Virus record (IMG/VR): IMGVR_UViG_3300027808_000017
Span: 1-64,000 of that record
Direction: 5' to 3' (one strand)
DNA length: 64,000 nucleotides
Source: a virus
Lineage: Duplodnaviria > Heunggongvirae > Uroviricota > Caudoviricetes
Below are positions 9,314 to 19,283 of the stretch, piece after piece. How positions within the stretch are numbered: position 1 is the stretch's first letter; each line of letters begins with the position of its first letter. The position numbers and the translations under genes are program-made. The notes beneath the pieces were generated by a model, which was not told the origin of the DNA, ran no database searches, and saw nothing but the letters and a program-made list of their open reading frames with translations.

Positions 9314-9408
9314 TGGTAATGTCTTGGCTTGCTGTACTACTGTTAGTGTTTGTGGGTGAACCTATGTTGGGATTAATTTTGGCATTTCTTATTTTGATGA
9401 TGGAGTAA
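9313..9408 (+). CDS. small hydrophobic peptide (31 aa)
   Basis: MVMSWLAVLLLVFVGEPMLGLILAFLILMME; not in ORF track. Confidence 0.3.
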   Translation: MVMSWLAVLLLVFVGEPMLGLILAFLILMME

Positions 9409-9412
9409 TAAT

Positions 9413-9559
9413 ATGAATGATGAATTGAAAGCACTAGTAATCAGTGCAGGTGCACCTAAAGACTTGCTTAATGAATTTTGGTTCAACATCTTTTGCGAGA
9501 AATTCGCTGATGTATTGTTGACGCAAGCCGAACAAGAAATGTTAGGAGCTAACAAATGA
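9413..9559 (+). CDS. small protein (48 aa)
   Basis: MNDELKALVISAGAPKDLLNEFWFNIF...; ATGA overlap with next ORF. Confidence 0.35.
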   Translation: MNDELKALVISAGAPKDLLNEFWFNIFCEKFADVLLTQAEQEMLGANK

Positions 9560-9681
9560 AAAAATATTTAAGCACAGATTTTATTATACCATTCTTGTGG
9601 TTCATCATACTGCAACCTTTGATTTTCTTCTTTACTATGTTTGTTTTTTTCTCGGCAGTGTATAATAGTATTTGGAGCTAA
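9556..9681 (+). CDS. small membrane peptide (41 aa)
   Basis: MKKYLSTDFIIPFLWFIILQPLIFFFTMFVFF... Confidence 0.35.
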   Translation: MKKYLSTDFIIPFLWFIILQPLIFFFTMFVFFSAVYNSIWS

Positions 9682-9684
9682 ACA

Positions 9685-11022
9685 ATGAGTGCAAGTTGGA
9701 TTAATAAATTAAACGAGAGCGACAGCCGCCTTCACAAAGAAGATGTGATTTTGCAGGCGCTTGAAGCAAGTGTCCTAGGCAGTCGTAATAGTCAGATTTT
9801 CTTGGGCTTTACTAACGCCTGTTATAATCCCTATGTTACATTTGGTATTCGTCAAGTGCCCGATACTGTAGGTATTGTTGACGCAGAAAATCCCTGGGAT
9901 GAATTCAATACGTTGATGTATCAACTTGGCCAGCGCAAGTTGACAGGTCATGCCGCACGTGATGCTGTACAAAATATGTCTGAACGATTTGACAGTATTG
10001 AATGGAACACATTCCTAGCACCTGTATTGCGTAGAGACTTACGTGCGGGTATCAGTGATAAGACAATCAATAAGATTTGTAAAGGTACTGAATATGAAGT
10101 ACCAATCTTTGGTTGTCAATTAGCAACTAACAGTGAAGGTCGTCCAGAGATGCAAGGTATCAAACGTCTTGAGCCTAAACTTGACGGCGTTCGTGTGTTG
10201 TTGACCGCTATCCCTGATGAAGATGGCAATATTGTCACTATTTGTTTCAGTCGCAATGGTAAACAGTTTGACAACTTTGGTCATATTGAAAATCAAGTGC
10301 GTGAGAACTTTGTAAAACTTACTCATAAAGCCGCAAGTAGTAACTTAAGCATGGGCTTTGTAATGGATGGTGAAGTGATTGGTAATACATTCCAAGAACT
10401 TATGCGACAAGCACGCCGCAAGACTGACGTACAAGCAGAGGATAGTGTGTTTAATGTATTTGACATTATACCAGTAGCAGCCTTCCGTGAGGGTCATTGG
10501 AATGCACAACTACACAAACGCATTACTATTTTAGAAGATATGCGTAGTATCATTGATGACATGCCTAATGTTGAATTGTTACCACATATCATGGTTGACT
10601 TGGATACAGCGGCAGGTAAAGATCAATTAGAACGATATGCCAAGGATCAAGTTAATGCAGGATTTGAAGGCATTATGATTAAAAATGTTGATGCGCCATA
10701 TGTTTGTAAACGTAGTACAGATTGGATGAAGTGGAAACCAGTTATTACCGTTGACTTAGAAGTTATTGGTATTGAAGAAGGTACCGGAAGAAATAAAGGA
10801 CGACTTGGAGCACTGGTTTGTGAGGGTCAAGATGACGGAAAGCACATTACTGTTAATGTTGGTAGTGGGTTCTCTGATACAGATAGAGATAGTTATTGGA
10901 ATGATAGCAATCACATCATTGGACGCACAGCCGAAATCTTATGTGATGTAGTGACACAAAATCGTGATGGTACATATAGTTTGCGCTTTCCACGATTTGT
11001 TAGATTTAGGGATGATAAATGA
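9685..11022 (+). CDS. ATP-dependent DNA ligase
   Basis: adenylation motif I (KxDG) in EPKLDGVRVLL; 445 aa; GGAG RBS. Confidence 0.85.
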   Translation: MSASWINKLNESDSRLHKEDVILQALEASVLGSRNSQIFLGFTNACYNPYVTFGIRQVPDTVGIVDAENPWDEFNTLMYQLGQRKLTGHAARDAVQNMSERFDSIEWNTFLAPVLRRDLRAGISDKTINKICKGTEYEVPIFGCQLATNSEGRPEMQGIKRLEPKLDGVRVLLTAIPDEDGNIVTICFSRNGKQFDNFGHIENQVRENFVKLTHKAASSNLSMGFVMDGEVIGNTFQELMRQARRKTDVQAEDSVFNVFDIIPVAAFREGHWNAQLHKRITILEDMRSIIDDMPNVELLPHIMVDLDTAAGKDQLERYAKDQVNAGFEGIMIKNVDAPYVCKRSTDWMKWKPVITVDLEVIGIEEGTGRNKGRLGALVCEGQDDGKHITVNVGSGFSDTDRDSYWNDSNHIIGRTAEILCDVVTQNRDGTYSLRFPRFVRFRDDK

Positions 11023-11228
11023 ACGAGCGAATTAAAGAACTTATCGAACAGGCTACTTGTTTCAAAGAAGGCCTTACTGAAGGATTATACGACATTGAAA
11101 TTTTTGACAAAGAAAAGTTTGCCGATTCGCTTGTATGGGAATGTATGAAAATCTGTGAAGATGTTATGAAAAAAGATAACTCTGCACTTGCCTGTTGGAG
11201 TGCAATCAAAGGAACATTTAGGAGTTGA
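11019..11228 (+). CDS. small protein, MNxRIKEL paralog family (copy 1)
   Basis: MNERIKELIEQATCF...; shares N-terminus with ORFs at 13466, 13774 and 62100-62303(-). Confidence 0.5.
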   Translation: MNERIKELIEQATCFKEGLTEGLYDIEIFDKEKFADSLVWECMKICEDVMKKDNSALACWSAIKGTFRS

Positions 11229-11231
11229 AGA

Positions 11232-11525
11232 ATGAATATATCTATTGCTAGTGCATCCGTAATGCCTGTACTCAATACCGCTGCCATGGCCGGTCGCAGA
11301 GTTGATAGAAATGAACAACTGGCGGATGAACACTATGATAAAATTGATGAATACTATGATGTGAAACGTAGTGATTGGCAAAAGAATCGTGCAAGTTTCC
11401 AGGATCATGAAGAGGCAAAATACATTGCAGAAATCAATGCATATCTCAGCCTCAAAAGACGAGTGGAATATGGGTTATATCAATATGGTAAATTTTTAGG
11501 CTACAACTTGGATGTATCCGTATGA
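11232..11525 (+). CDS. hypothetical protein
   Basis: 97 aa. Confidence 0.45.
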   Translation: MNISIASASVMPVLNTAAMAGRRVDRNEQLADEHYDKIDEYYDVKRSDWQKNRASFQDHEEAKYIAEINAYLSLKRRVEYGLYQYGKFLGYNLDVSV

Positions 11526-11647
11526 ACGAACCAGAAAAAGATAATGTTGCAGATTTAGTAGTTGATTATCCCATCAATGTAATACTGCCCATAGCCGGTG
11601 GTGTGTTGATATTTCTTTTGATTTTTATAGCTATTGTGGTGTCATAA
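11522..11647 (+). CDS. small membrane peptide (41 aa)
   Basis: MNEPEKDNVADLVVDYPINVILPIAGGVLIFLLIFIAIVVS; ATGA overlaps. Confidence 0.35.
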   Translation: MNEPEKDNVADLVVDYPINVILPIAGGVLIFLLIFIAIVVS

Positions 11648-11868
11648 TGAACGAATTAGAAATTGCACTGCAAGCACATGACTGGAGCCTAGATGGTTGG
11701 CGCACAAGACCTCAAGTGGATCAATTGATGAAGGGTCACCCAGATCCTGCAGAGGCCCAAGCACTGTGGCAACAGCATTGCCCTTGGAGCAACAGCAATG
11801 GCGGTTATGTTGCATGGTCAAAAAAATTCACCCAAGACAATGCCACAATGATATGGAGTTATCAATGA
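11647..11868 (+). CDS. hypothetical protein (G+C-richer)
   Basis: 73 aa. Confidence 0.45.
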   Translation: MNELEIALQAHDWSLDGWRTRPQVDQLMKGHPDPAEAQALWQQHCPWSNSNGGYVAWSKKFTQDNATMIWSYQ

Positions 11869-12158
11869 CACATAATCACAATTTATTATGTCAAATAAGG
11901 TCACTGTACAACGAACCATATCATGTTGTGAGGCCACTATTGCCCATAAGAATGCAACACGGTGCAGACATGATGGCCTGGGCTGAACACGCATTTGGTC
12001 CAGCAGGCAAAAGAATTAAGGGCATAATTGGGCAAACTGTAAAAGTTGAAGAACCTGGTCTTAGATACTATGTGGATCCCACTGCATTTTGGTTTAGAGA
12101 TAGCAAAGACCGTGATAGTTTTGTTGTACATTGGACAAAGGAGTTGAAGAATGATTAA
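11865..12158 (+). CDS. hypothetical protein
   Basis: internal Met (MTHNHNLL) of the 11697-12158 track ORF, ATGA-coupled to upstream gene. Confidence 0.4.
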   Translation: MTHNHNLLCQIRSLYNEPYHVVRPLLPIRMQHGADMMAWAEHAFGPAGKRIKGIIGQTVKVEEPGLRYYVDPTAFWFRDSKDRDSFVVHWTKELKND

Positions 12159-12327
12159 ACTTTGGTTAGCATTTATTATCCTTGCTGTTCTTATTCACTT
12201 TGGCATTAGTGCTTTAAGAAATATGAACGGTTTGGAACAATTAGCCTTGACAAAAAGTATAGGCTATAGTATACTTGTATCACTGGCAGCAGTAATGCTG
12301 ATGACAGTAATTGTTATTTTATTTTAA
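12151..12327 (+). CDS. small 2-TM membrane protein (58 aa)
   Basis: MIKLWLAFIILAVLIHFGISAL...; not in ORF track. Confidence 0.35.
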   Translation: MIKLWLAFIILAVLIHFGISALRNMNGLEQLALTKSIGYSILVSLAAVMLMTVIVILF

Positions 12328-12335
12328 GGAAAAAC

Positions 12336-13130
12336 ATGAAACGTATTTTTACTCTCTCTATTCTCGCTGCCGCAATTTTGGCAACTGGCTGTACACGTAT
12401 TGAAACCGGCGAGGTTGGTGTGCGAGTTGGATTTGACCGACAGATTCAGCCAGGTGAATTGTTGCCTGGATCATTCAATCAAACCATGATAGGTGATGTG
12501 CTTACATTCCCTATCAAGGACGTGAATGTGGTGCTGGAGAATATGACTCCTGTGGCCAAAGACAATTCAACCATGAAAGACTTTGATGCTGTGGTTGTTT
12601 ACAACATCAACCCACAACAAGTGAGTGAATTGTATGCAACCAAGAACAAGAGTTTCCACGCTGAGTTCAAAGGCGACACCTATGTGATGTACAACTACAT
12701 TGTGCAAAATGCTCGCAACGCCATCTACAAAGCCACACGTAAATATGAAGCATTAGACATGGCAGACAATCGTACTGAAATGGAAAACTATATCAAGGAT
12801 GAAATTACACGAAACCTTACTGAAGAAAAACTAGATGGCTCAATCACCATCAATCAAGTTATGGTTCGTAGTGTAATTCCTGCTGACAGTGTTGTTGAAA
12901 GTGCAAACGCCTTGGTTCGTAGCAAAAACGAATTGAAGCAAAAAGAAGTTGAAGTAAAAACTGCCGAAGCAGAAAGTCGCAGAATGGCAGCACTGGCCAA
13001 CAACTCAGGTGCTAGTATTGCGTTCATGCAAGCACAGGCTATGTTGAATATTAGTGAAGGTATCAAGAACGGTCAAGTGCAGACAATCGTTGTACCTAGC
13101 AACTTTAACGCATTGATGATGAACAAGTAA
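12336..13130 (+). CDS. SPFH/band-7 (prohibitin-like) lipoprotein
   Basis: lipobox ILATGC; TGEVGVRVGFDRQIQPGELLPG resembles SPFH domain start; C-terminal coiled coil. Confidence 0.55.
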   Translation: MKRIFTLSILAAAILATGCTRIETGEVGVRVGFDRQIQPGELLPGSFNQTMIGDVLTFPIKDVNVVLENMTPVAKDNSTMKDFDAVVVYNINPQQVSELYATKNKSFHAEFKGDTYVMYNYIVQNARNAIYKATRKYEALDMADNRTEMENYIKDEITRNLTEEKLDGSITINQVMVRSVIPADSVVESANALVRSKNELKQKEVEVKTAEAESRRMAALANNSGASIAFMQAQAMLNISEGIKNGQVQTIVVPSNFNALMMNK

Positions 13131-13274
13131 TATGTGGGCGTTGATTATTGCACTTACAATGGATGTAGCACCTTTTGAGATAAAGTTTACTCAATTGGCT
13201 GAGGTCAAAACATATCAAGAATGTAGAGACCTTTCTAAGATATTAAAAGACCGTGGCTTGAATGCACACTTGTT

Positions 13275-13469
13275 TTGTGTACAGCAACAATGAGTGGCTT
13301 AGGCATCATACAAGAAGAATCACCCCAAGCATGTCAAATGTGCGGGGTGATTGATGAATGTCGTCCTTATGGTCCTAATAACGAAGAAATTTGTTTTGAC
13401 TGTGCTATGAAGGATGAGGAAACTACTGAGCGCAAAATGACAACTTATATTTTTGGTGAACAACAATGA
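13275..13469 (+). CDS. small zinc-ribbon protein
   Basis: CQMCG...CRPYG...CFDC: two CxxC pairs. Confidence 0.45.
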   Translation: MCTATMSGLGIIQEESPQACQMCGVIDECRPYGPNNEEICFDCAMKDEETTERKMTTYIFGEQQ

Positions 13470-13777
13470 ACCAACGAATTAAAGAACTGTTAGATGAAGC
13501 CACTGTTTATGCACTGCATGAAACTAAAGATGCGGTTGACTTTTTAGATAATCCTGTAACAAAACAACAACGTGAGCGTCAATTGGAAATATTTGCTGAG
13601 GCTATTATTCGTGAATGTTGCATGGCATTACATCCTATGTTGCGTGACATGATTAGTCGTGGTCAAGGTCGTGAACTTATTCTACAACATTTTGGTATCA
13701 ATCCAAGAGAAATTACAACTTTTATGCTTGATAGAAGTATTGCACAGATGGAAAAGCAAATAGAGGTTAAAGAATGA
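13466..13777 (+). CDS. small protein, MNxRIKEL paralog family (copy 2)
   Basis: MNQRIKELLDEATVY...FAEAIIRECCMAL. Confidence 0.5.
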   Translation: MNQRIKELLDEATVYALHETKDAVDFLDNPVTKQQRERQLEIFAEAIIRECCMALHPMLRDMISRGQGRELILQHFGINPREITTFMLDRSIAQMEKQIEVKE

Positions 13778-13998
13778 ACCAGCGAATGAAAGAACTTGCT
13801 AAACAACTAGGTTACAATGTTAACTTTAAACCATCAGATGATGAAACAGATAGAGAATATCAGGTTGTTAGCAATGATTTTGCTGAAAAATTCGCTGAAT
13901 TGATTGTTCGGGATTGTGCCCTTACTGCTGGCCTAATGGAACATGGAGGCCGGAAAGGCATCGGTGCACAAATATTAGATAATTTTGGAGTTAAATAA
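13774..13998 (+). CDS. small protein, MNxRIKEL paralog family (copy 3)
   Basis: MNQRMKELAKQLGY...FAELIVRDCAL. Confidence 0.5.
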   Translation: MNQRMKELAKQLGYNVNFKPSDDETDREYQVVSNDFAEKFAELIVRDCALTAGLMEHGGRKGIGAQILDNFGVK

Positions 13999-14195
13999 TG
14001 TTTTTAACATGGGTTTTAGTAATATCAACATTCACCCCCGGTGGTGATTTAGTTAGTGAATATAAAGAAGGTCCTTTTCAATCTAAAAAAGAATGCATTG
14101 CATCAAAAAAAGAATTGAATAATCCACCTGCTTTAATGGGCTTGAAATTTAAAGGCAAGTGTGTTAGATTAAAAGTAGAAAACGAAAATGAGTAA
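13998..14195 (+). CDS. small secreted protein
   Basis: hydrophobic N-terminus MFLTWVLVISTFTPGG. Confidence 0.4.
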   Translation: MFLTWVLVISTFTPGGDLVSEYKEGPFQSKKECIASKKELNNPPALMGLKFKGKCVRLKVENENE

Positions 14196-14388
14196 CCTAG
14201 TCGGCAAGTCATACATTTTTGAAGATGGTGGCAAGATTGAAGTAATTCAAGTCAAACTAAGAGAAGATGGATTATGGGTGCATTATTTAATTTCAATGAA
14301 CTCTAGTCTACCTAGAAAACTAGTTATGAAACACGGTGAATTTATGACAAATTTTAAACATTTATTTGGAGAAGATGATGGCGTATAA
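14188..14388 (+). CDS. hypothetical protein
   Basis: 66 aa. Confidence 0.4.
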   Translation: MSNLVGKSYIFEDGGKIEVIQVKLREDGLWVHYLISMNSSLPRKLVMKHGEFMTNFKHLFGEDDGV

Positions 14389-14608
14389 AACAATTTATAC
14401 AGAAGTTGAAGTTGATGTTGACCTTTCAGAGTTTGAGACCGATGACCTACTTGACGAATTAGCAAGTCGTAGTTCACTCCCAATGGAAGAAGATTTCCAT
14501 GGTAAAGAAATACTTGAAGCCATTTATCATAAACGTAGAATGGGCCGCACTGATTATGAAAAAGAATTAGACCAATTGATTTGGAATAGTCTAGGCAAAA
14601 TGTTATAA
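14366..14608 (+). CDS. small acidic protein
   Basis: 80 aa, D/E-rich. Confidence 0.4.
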   Translation: MEKMMAYKTIYTEVEVDVDLSEFETDDLLDELASRSSLPMEEDFHGKEILEAIYHKRRMGRTDYEKELDQLIWNSLGKML

Positions 14609-14642
14609 TACATCGTGTAATCAACTATGAATAAATACTAGG

Positions 14643-16304
14643 ATGTTCTCACGAATCTTTTCACTCAGCAATGCCACTCTTTTAGTGGCATTGGCACTTA
14701 GTACTATCGCCGCTTGGTATAGTATTGTTGGTCTAACCGCTATCTTTGCAAGTGCGGTTATACCTATTATCATCATGGGCTCGGCACTTGAACTTGCAAA
14801 AATTATAACAACAGTCTGGTTGCGTAAGTATTGGGATCGTTGTACTTGGGTAATGAAAGTATATCTTGTTCCGGCTGTTATTGCACTTGCAGTATTAACA
14901 AGCATGGGTATTTTTGGTTTCTTATCTAAAGCACACTTAGACCAAGGTGTTATAGGTGGTGATAGTATTGCCCAAGTACAAATTTTAGATGAAAAAATAA
15001 AAACAGCAAAAGAAAATATAGAGTCCAATCGTAAGGCTCTTAAGCAAATGGATGAGGCTGTAGATCAAGTCATGGCACGTTCAGATTCAGAAAAAGGTGC
15101 AGATAAAGCAGTATCTGTTCGTAGAAGTCAGACAAAAGAACGAGTTAGATTACAAAATGAGATTATAGCTGAACAGACAAAAATTGCTAAACTTAACGAA
15201 GAACGAGCTCCTATTGCTTCAGAAGTACGTAAAGTTGAAGCAGAAGTTGGTCCAATCAAATACATTGCGGCATTTATTTATGGAGATAATCCAGATGCTA
15301 ATTTACTTGAACGTGCAGTACGATGGGTAATTATTTTACTTGTTATTGTATTTGACCCTCTTGCAATTATTTTAGTGATTGCGGCTAATCAGAGTAAAGA
15401 TTGGGATAAAGAAATTGAAGATGATAAAAATGCTATGGCTATCATCCCACCCAAAGAAGAAGATACGAGACCCTTTACCGAAGAAGAAATAACAGCATTA
15501 GATAAACCGGTAGAAGAAGTTGATATAGTTCCTGCACCAGAAACTGAACCAAAAGCAACTTGGGCTTTTCCATCTGACCCACAACCCGAATCAGTTGACC
15601 ATTATGTAGCAAACAAATTTACTGAATTTGATCCTAGATATTTGGTTACTAAAGTTATCACTGAAGAAGAATCTAAAGATATAGTGGCTTCTCCGGCATA
15701 CCCTGAAATGTATATCGATTATCAAATAATAGAAGATGTTATTGAAGAAGATTTACCACCTGTCACAAGTTGGGTAGAAATTCCTGAACCAGAAGTAATT
15801 GTAGCAGAGGAAGAAATCAAAGTAGACGATTCTCCTCCTTACGAAGGTATTAGAGATTTAAAAACAGGCCAATGGATACAAACAGGACCTGCAATTATTG
15901 ATCCAACAATAAAATCTACTATGGGTTTTAAAGATTTGGGCGGAGGGTATGTAGAATTTGAAGGCAAGAGAATGGCACTTCATGTTTTAAGAGATAAGCG
16001 TCCTGATTTGTTTGCTATCAGAGAAGACAATCCAAGACAAGTAAAAATTACTTTTGGATCCAAATCAGTTACTGTTGGTTTGATAGGTGATACGTTTATT
16101 CGTACCGATGCTATTCCCCATCGTGTTTTCAAAAGCAATGGTGAAAAATGGATAGAGATTAACAAGAACACAACAGCTACTTACTTAAGTAACACTAATT
16201 ACTTACAACATCTAATGGAAAAAATAGCAACTGGTGAATACGAACCCGACCTTTTAACCGAGTTGGAACAAGAGGCCATTTCAAATCATTTGAATTCAGC
16301 TTGA
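14643..16304 (+). CDS. multi-TM membrane protein with coiled coil and long acidic C-terminal domain
   Basis: 553 aa; ~3 N-terminal TM helices, coiled coil, further TM (VIILLVIVFDPLAIILVIAA), acidic tail. Confidence 0.55.
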   Translation: MFSRIFSLSNATLLVALALSTIAAWYSIVGLTAIFASAVIPIIIMGSALELAKIITTVWLRKYWDRCTWVMKVYLVPAVIALAVLTSMGIFGFLSKAHLDQGVIGGDSIAQVQILDEKIKTAKENIESNRKALKQMDEAVDQVMARSDSEKGADKAVSVRRSQTKERVRLQNEIIAEQTKIAKLNEERAPIASEVRKVEAEVGPIKYIAAFIYGDNPDANLLERAVRWVIILLVIVFDPLAIILVIAANQSKDWDKEIEDDKNAMAIIPPKEEDTRPFTEEEITALDKPVEEVDIVPAPETEPKATWAFPSDPQPESVDHYVANKFTEFDPRYLVTKVITEEESKDIVASPAYPEMYIDYQIIEDVIEEDLPPVTSWVEIPEPEVIVAEEEIKVDDSPPYEGIRDLKTGQWIQTGPAIIDPTIKSTMGFKDLGGGYVEFEGKRMALHVLRDKRPDLFAIREDNPRQVKITFGSKSVTVGLIGDTFIRTDAIPHRVFKSNGEKWIEINKNTTATYLSNTNYLQHLMEKIATGEYEPDLLTELEQEAISNHLNSA

Positions 16305-16324
16305 CCCAAAATCATCAAAAACAA

Positions 16325-16353
16325 TTGACACTAAATCATTTTGGTGCTATACT
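16325..16353 (+). promoter_or_regulatory. sigma70-type promoter
   Basis: TTGACA-17-TATACT. Confidence 0.5.
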
Positions 16354-16387
16354 ATGTTTATTGTTCAACTACACACAGAGGTTAATT

Positions 16388-17017
16388 ATGAAACTTAAAT
16401 TATCAGTACTTGTCATTGCATTGTCACTGACCGCATGTTCTAGTATGAAGACCGGTAACGGTACTAATTCTAGTGTCCCGATCGTCAATCAAAAGCTATC
16501 TACGTCATTCGTAGCTGAGGGTGTTAAGATTGAAACTAAATGTAGTTGGTCTATGTTCGGCAAAGATGAATGTCAATTAGTTGCTATTGAGGCAATTGGT
16601 ACAGCACCTACATTTGGTAACACTACGTCAAATCGTAAGAATGCACTTACCCGTGCTCAAATGGCAGCTGAACGTCAAGTAACTGAATTTTTGCAAAAAG
16701 AAGTCACCACTAGTCGTGTTCAAAACACTATTGCCAAGAACATTGAAAAGGCTTCTGACAAAGTTAAGTCAGGTAAGACTGATGATAGCGCAGTTGAATT
16801 GACTGACAAAGAGGCAAGTACTATTAATTTGCGTGAAAATCACAATGACACCCTTGTGTCATTGACTGAAAACATTCAAACATCAGCCAAAGCAATTCTC
16901 AAAGGCTTCATCAAGACTGACGAACGAGTTATTGGTGATCAGGAAGTTTCTGTGACTATGCGGTGGGACATAGACAGTGAACTGGCTCGCAATCAACTTG
17001 CTAAAGCAATGCGATGA
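16388..17017 (+). CDS. lipoprotein
   Basis: MKLKLSVLVIALSLTACSS lipobox; RBS GAGG. Confidence 0.55.
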   Translation: MKLKLSVLVIALSLTACSSMKTGNGTNSSVPIVNQKLSTSFVAEGVKIETKCSWSMFGKDECQLVAIEAIGTAPTFGNTTSNRKNALTRAQMAAERQVTEFLQKEVTTSRVQNTIAKNIEKASDKVKSGKTDDSAVELTDKEASTINLRENHNDTLVSLTENIQTSAKAILKGFIKTDERVIGDQEVSVTMRWDIDSELARNQLAKAMR

Positions 17018-18048
17018 AATACATATTGCTTGCGGTGATGCTGGCCCTAACAGCATGTGCTAGCACTACTGAGGCTGTAAGAACTTCAAGCGATAGTCCC
17101 GATGCTGGGGTCATACGTGTTCTCGGCACAGGATCAACTAAAGAAGAGGCAAAGAATAACGGCTTCACTACTGCTATCGAAATTGCTGTTGGTTCTGCAA
17201 TTCTTTCACACAAAGATGTCCGTTCCGATAAACTTATACGTGATGACATAGTGAAATACAATGCAGGTTACGTTGATAATTATAAAATCATTGACGAGAC
17301 AAAAACAAGCGGTGGTTACTCATTGTTGATGGATGTTCATGTTAAGAGCAGTCGCATACATGAACGATTATTGAGTGGGGGCGGTGACGAGAAAAATGTC
17401 AACGGTGATAAATTGGCTACTCAATATGACACATATCGTGCCCAACAAGAATCAGCCGATAAACTCATTGATGTGTTAATACAAGATTGGCCCGAAAAAG
17501 CCTTTACTATCAAACAAGGTAAACAAGAATTTAGTATTAATGAAAAACGTGTGTCTGTATTACGAATTCCAATTGAAATGAATATGAACTATAGCTATAT
17601 TATGGCATTGGATGAGTCTCTTAAAAAGATTAACCAAAAGAAAACATATTCAGATTTAAAAATTGGTATTGCAGTTAAAGCACCCGATGATTGGGTATTC
17701 GGTAGAACCAATGGATATTTCTTTGATGACATTCAACGTATAAAACAATTCCAACAAGGGTTTAATGATAACTTTTGGATTCAAGTTCATTTAAAAGATA
17801 TTAATGGTAATTTACTGTATTCTCAGTGTTTTGAACATGGAAGAAGTTTTTCATACCAAACAACTAAGGCATTTATTTTACAAGGTAATAACTCCGTAGA
17901 TTCTAACATTGAAATTGAACTAAATTCAAAACTATCCAAGACATTGCGCCAAGCATATAGTGTAGAAATGGTTCCCTCTAGAGTTTGTATCAACAAAATA
18001 TACGAAACTATACCTCTGCTAAAATGTCCCCCGCTAAACAAAAAATGA
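17014..18048 (+). CDS. lipoprotein
   Basis: MKYILLAVMLALTACAS lipobox; ATGA-coupled. Confidence 0.55.
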   Translation: MKYILLAVMLALTACASTTEAVRTSSDSPDAGVIRVLGTGSTKEEAKNNGFTTAIEIAVGSAILSHKDVRSDKLIRDDIVKYNAGYVDNYKIIDETKTSGGYSLLMDVHVKSSRIHERLLSGGGDEKNVNGDKLATQYDTYRAQQESADKLIDVLIQDWPEKAFTIKQGKQEFSINEKRVSVLRIPIEMNMNYSYIMALDESLKKINQKKTYSDLKIGIAVKAPDDWVFGRTNGYFFDDIQRIKQFQQGFNDNFWIQVHLKDINGNLLYSQCFEHGRSFSYQTTKAFILQGNNSVDSNIEIELNSKLSKTLRQAYSVEMVPSRVCINKIYETIPLLKCPPLNKK

Positions 18049-18059
18049 TAAGTAATAAT

Positions 18060-19283
18060 ATGACCGAAGAATCTAAAATAAATTATTGTCACTTTTGTGG
18101 GAACAGCAAAGAAATTGTAAAAAAACTTGTTGTTAGTGAGAAGGTTGCTATATGCAATGAGTGCGTGGAACTATGTCAGAATCTAATCAATGATGAAGTA
18201 GAGCCAGAAAATCCGATTGAACCTAATCGTGATCCGGAGGCCATCAAAGAATATCTTGATATGCACGTTGTTGGTCAAGAAGATGCTAAGATAGTTTTGA
18301 GCGTTGCTGTTGCCAATCATTATAAGCGCATCAACAATCCACCAAAAGATATTGAAATACAAAAAGGTAATGTGTTGATTGTCGGGCCTACAGGAAGTGG
18401 TAAAACATTGCTTGCTAAGACAGCCGCAAAATATCTTAAAGTGCCCTTCATTGTTGCTGATGCTACGAGTTTGACAGAAGCCGGGTATGTTGGAGATGAT
18501 GTTGAATCAATGATTAGTATGTTGATTCATGCCGCAGGTGGTGATGTAAAATTAGCCGAGCGTGGTATTATATTTGTTGATGAAATTGACAAGATTGCAC
18601 GTAAAGGTGAAAGTGCAAGTATCACCCGTGACGTATCAGGTGAAGGTGTTCAACAAGCATTGCTCAAAATGGTAGAAGGTAGTACCGTTCGTATTCCCAA
18701 AGAGGGTGGTCGTAAACATCCTGGTGGCGATATGAGTGAAATCAATACCAAAGATATATTGTTTATTGCCGGTGGCGCATTTGTTGGTCTTAAAGACATT
18801 ATTGCTAATCGTATGAATGGTACAAGTATTGGATTTAATGCTACTATCACTGACAGCAAAGTTGAAGGTGATTTGACAAAAGTCAGTCCTGATGACTTAA
18901 CCAAATATGGAATGATTCCTGAGTTCATTGGACGTTTTACTACTACAGTAAGTATCCAAGAATTGTCTAAGAAACAATTGGTTCATATTTTGACAGATGT
19001 AAAGAACAATTATATCAGTCAATACAAGTATTTGCTAAGTTTGGATAATATCAATTTATCTTTTACTAAAGAAGCCCTTGAACAAATTGCTGAGAATACA
19101 CTAACATTAAAGACCGGAGCACGTGGTTTACATACTGAGATTGAACGTGTTTTAATGTGTCATATGTTCTATACCAAGCAATACAAAGAAAATAATATAA
19201 CTATGCTAAATATAGATGTGGGTCAAATTTTAAATCCCACACCAATATATGACGAAAAAAGGAAGACAGGTACTAGTAACTGA
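18060..19283 (+). CDS. clpX: ATP-dependent Clp protease ATP-binding subunit ClpX
   Basis: N-terminal C4 zinc finger CHFCG...CNEC; Walker A GPTGSGKTLLAKT; ClpX-like length; start set at MTEESKINYCHFCG (track ORF starts further upstream). Confidence 0.85.
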   Translation: MTEESKINYCHFCGNSKEIVKKLVVSEKVAICNECVELCQNLINDEVEPENPIEPNRDPEAIKEYLDMHVVGQEDAKIVLSVAVANHYKRINNPPKDIEIQKGNVLIVGPTGSGKTLLAKTAAKYLKVPFIVADATSLTEAGYVGDDVESMISMLIHAAGGDVKLAERGIIFVDEIDKIARKGESASITRDVSGEGVQQALLKMVEGSTVRIPKEGGRKHPGGDMSEINTKDILFIAGGAFVGLKDIIANRMNGTSIGFNATITDSKVEGDLTKVSPDDLTKYGMIPEFIGRFTTTVSIQELSKKQLVHILTDVKNNYISQYKYLLSLDNINLSFTKEALEQIAENTLTLKTGARGLHTEIERVLMCHMFYTKQYKENNITMLNIDVGQILNPTPIYDEKRKTGTSN

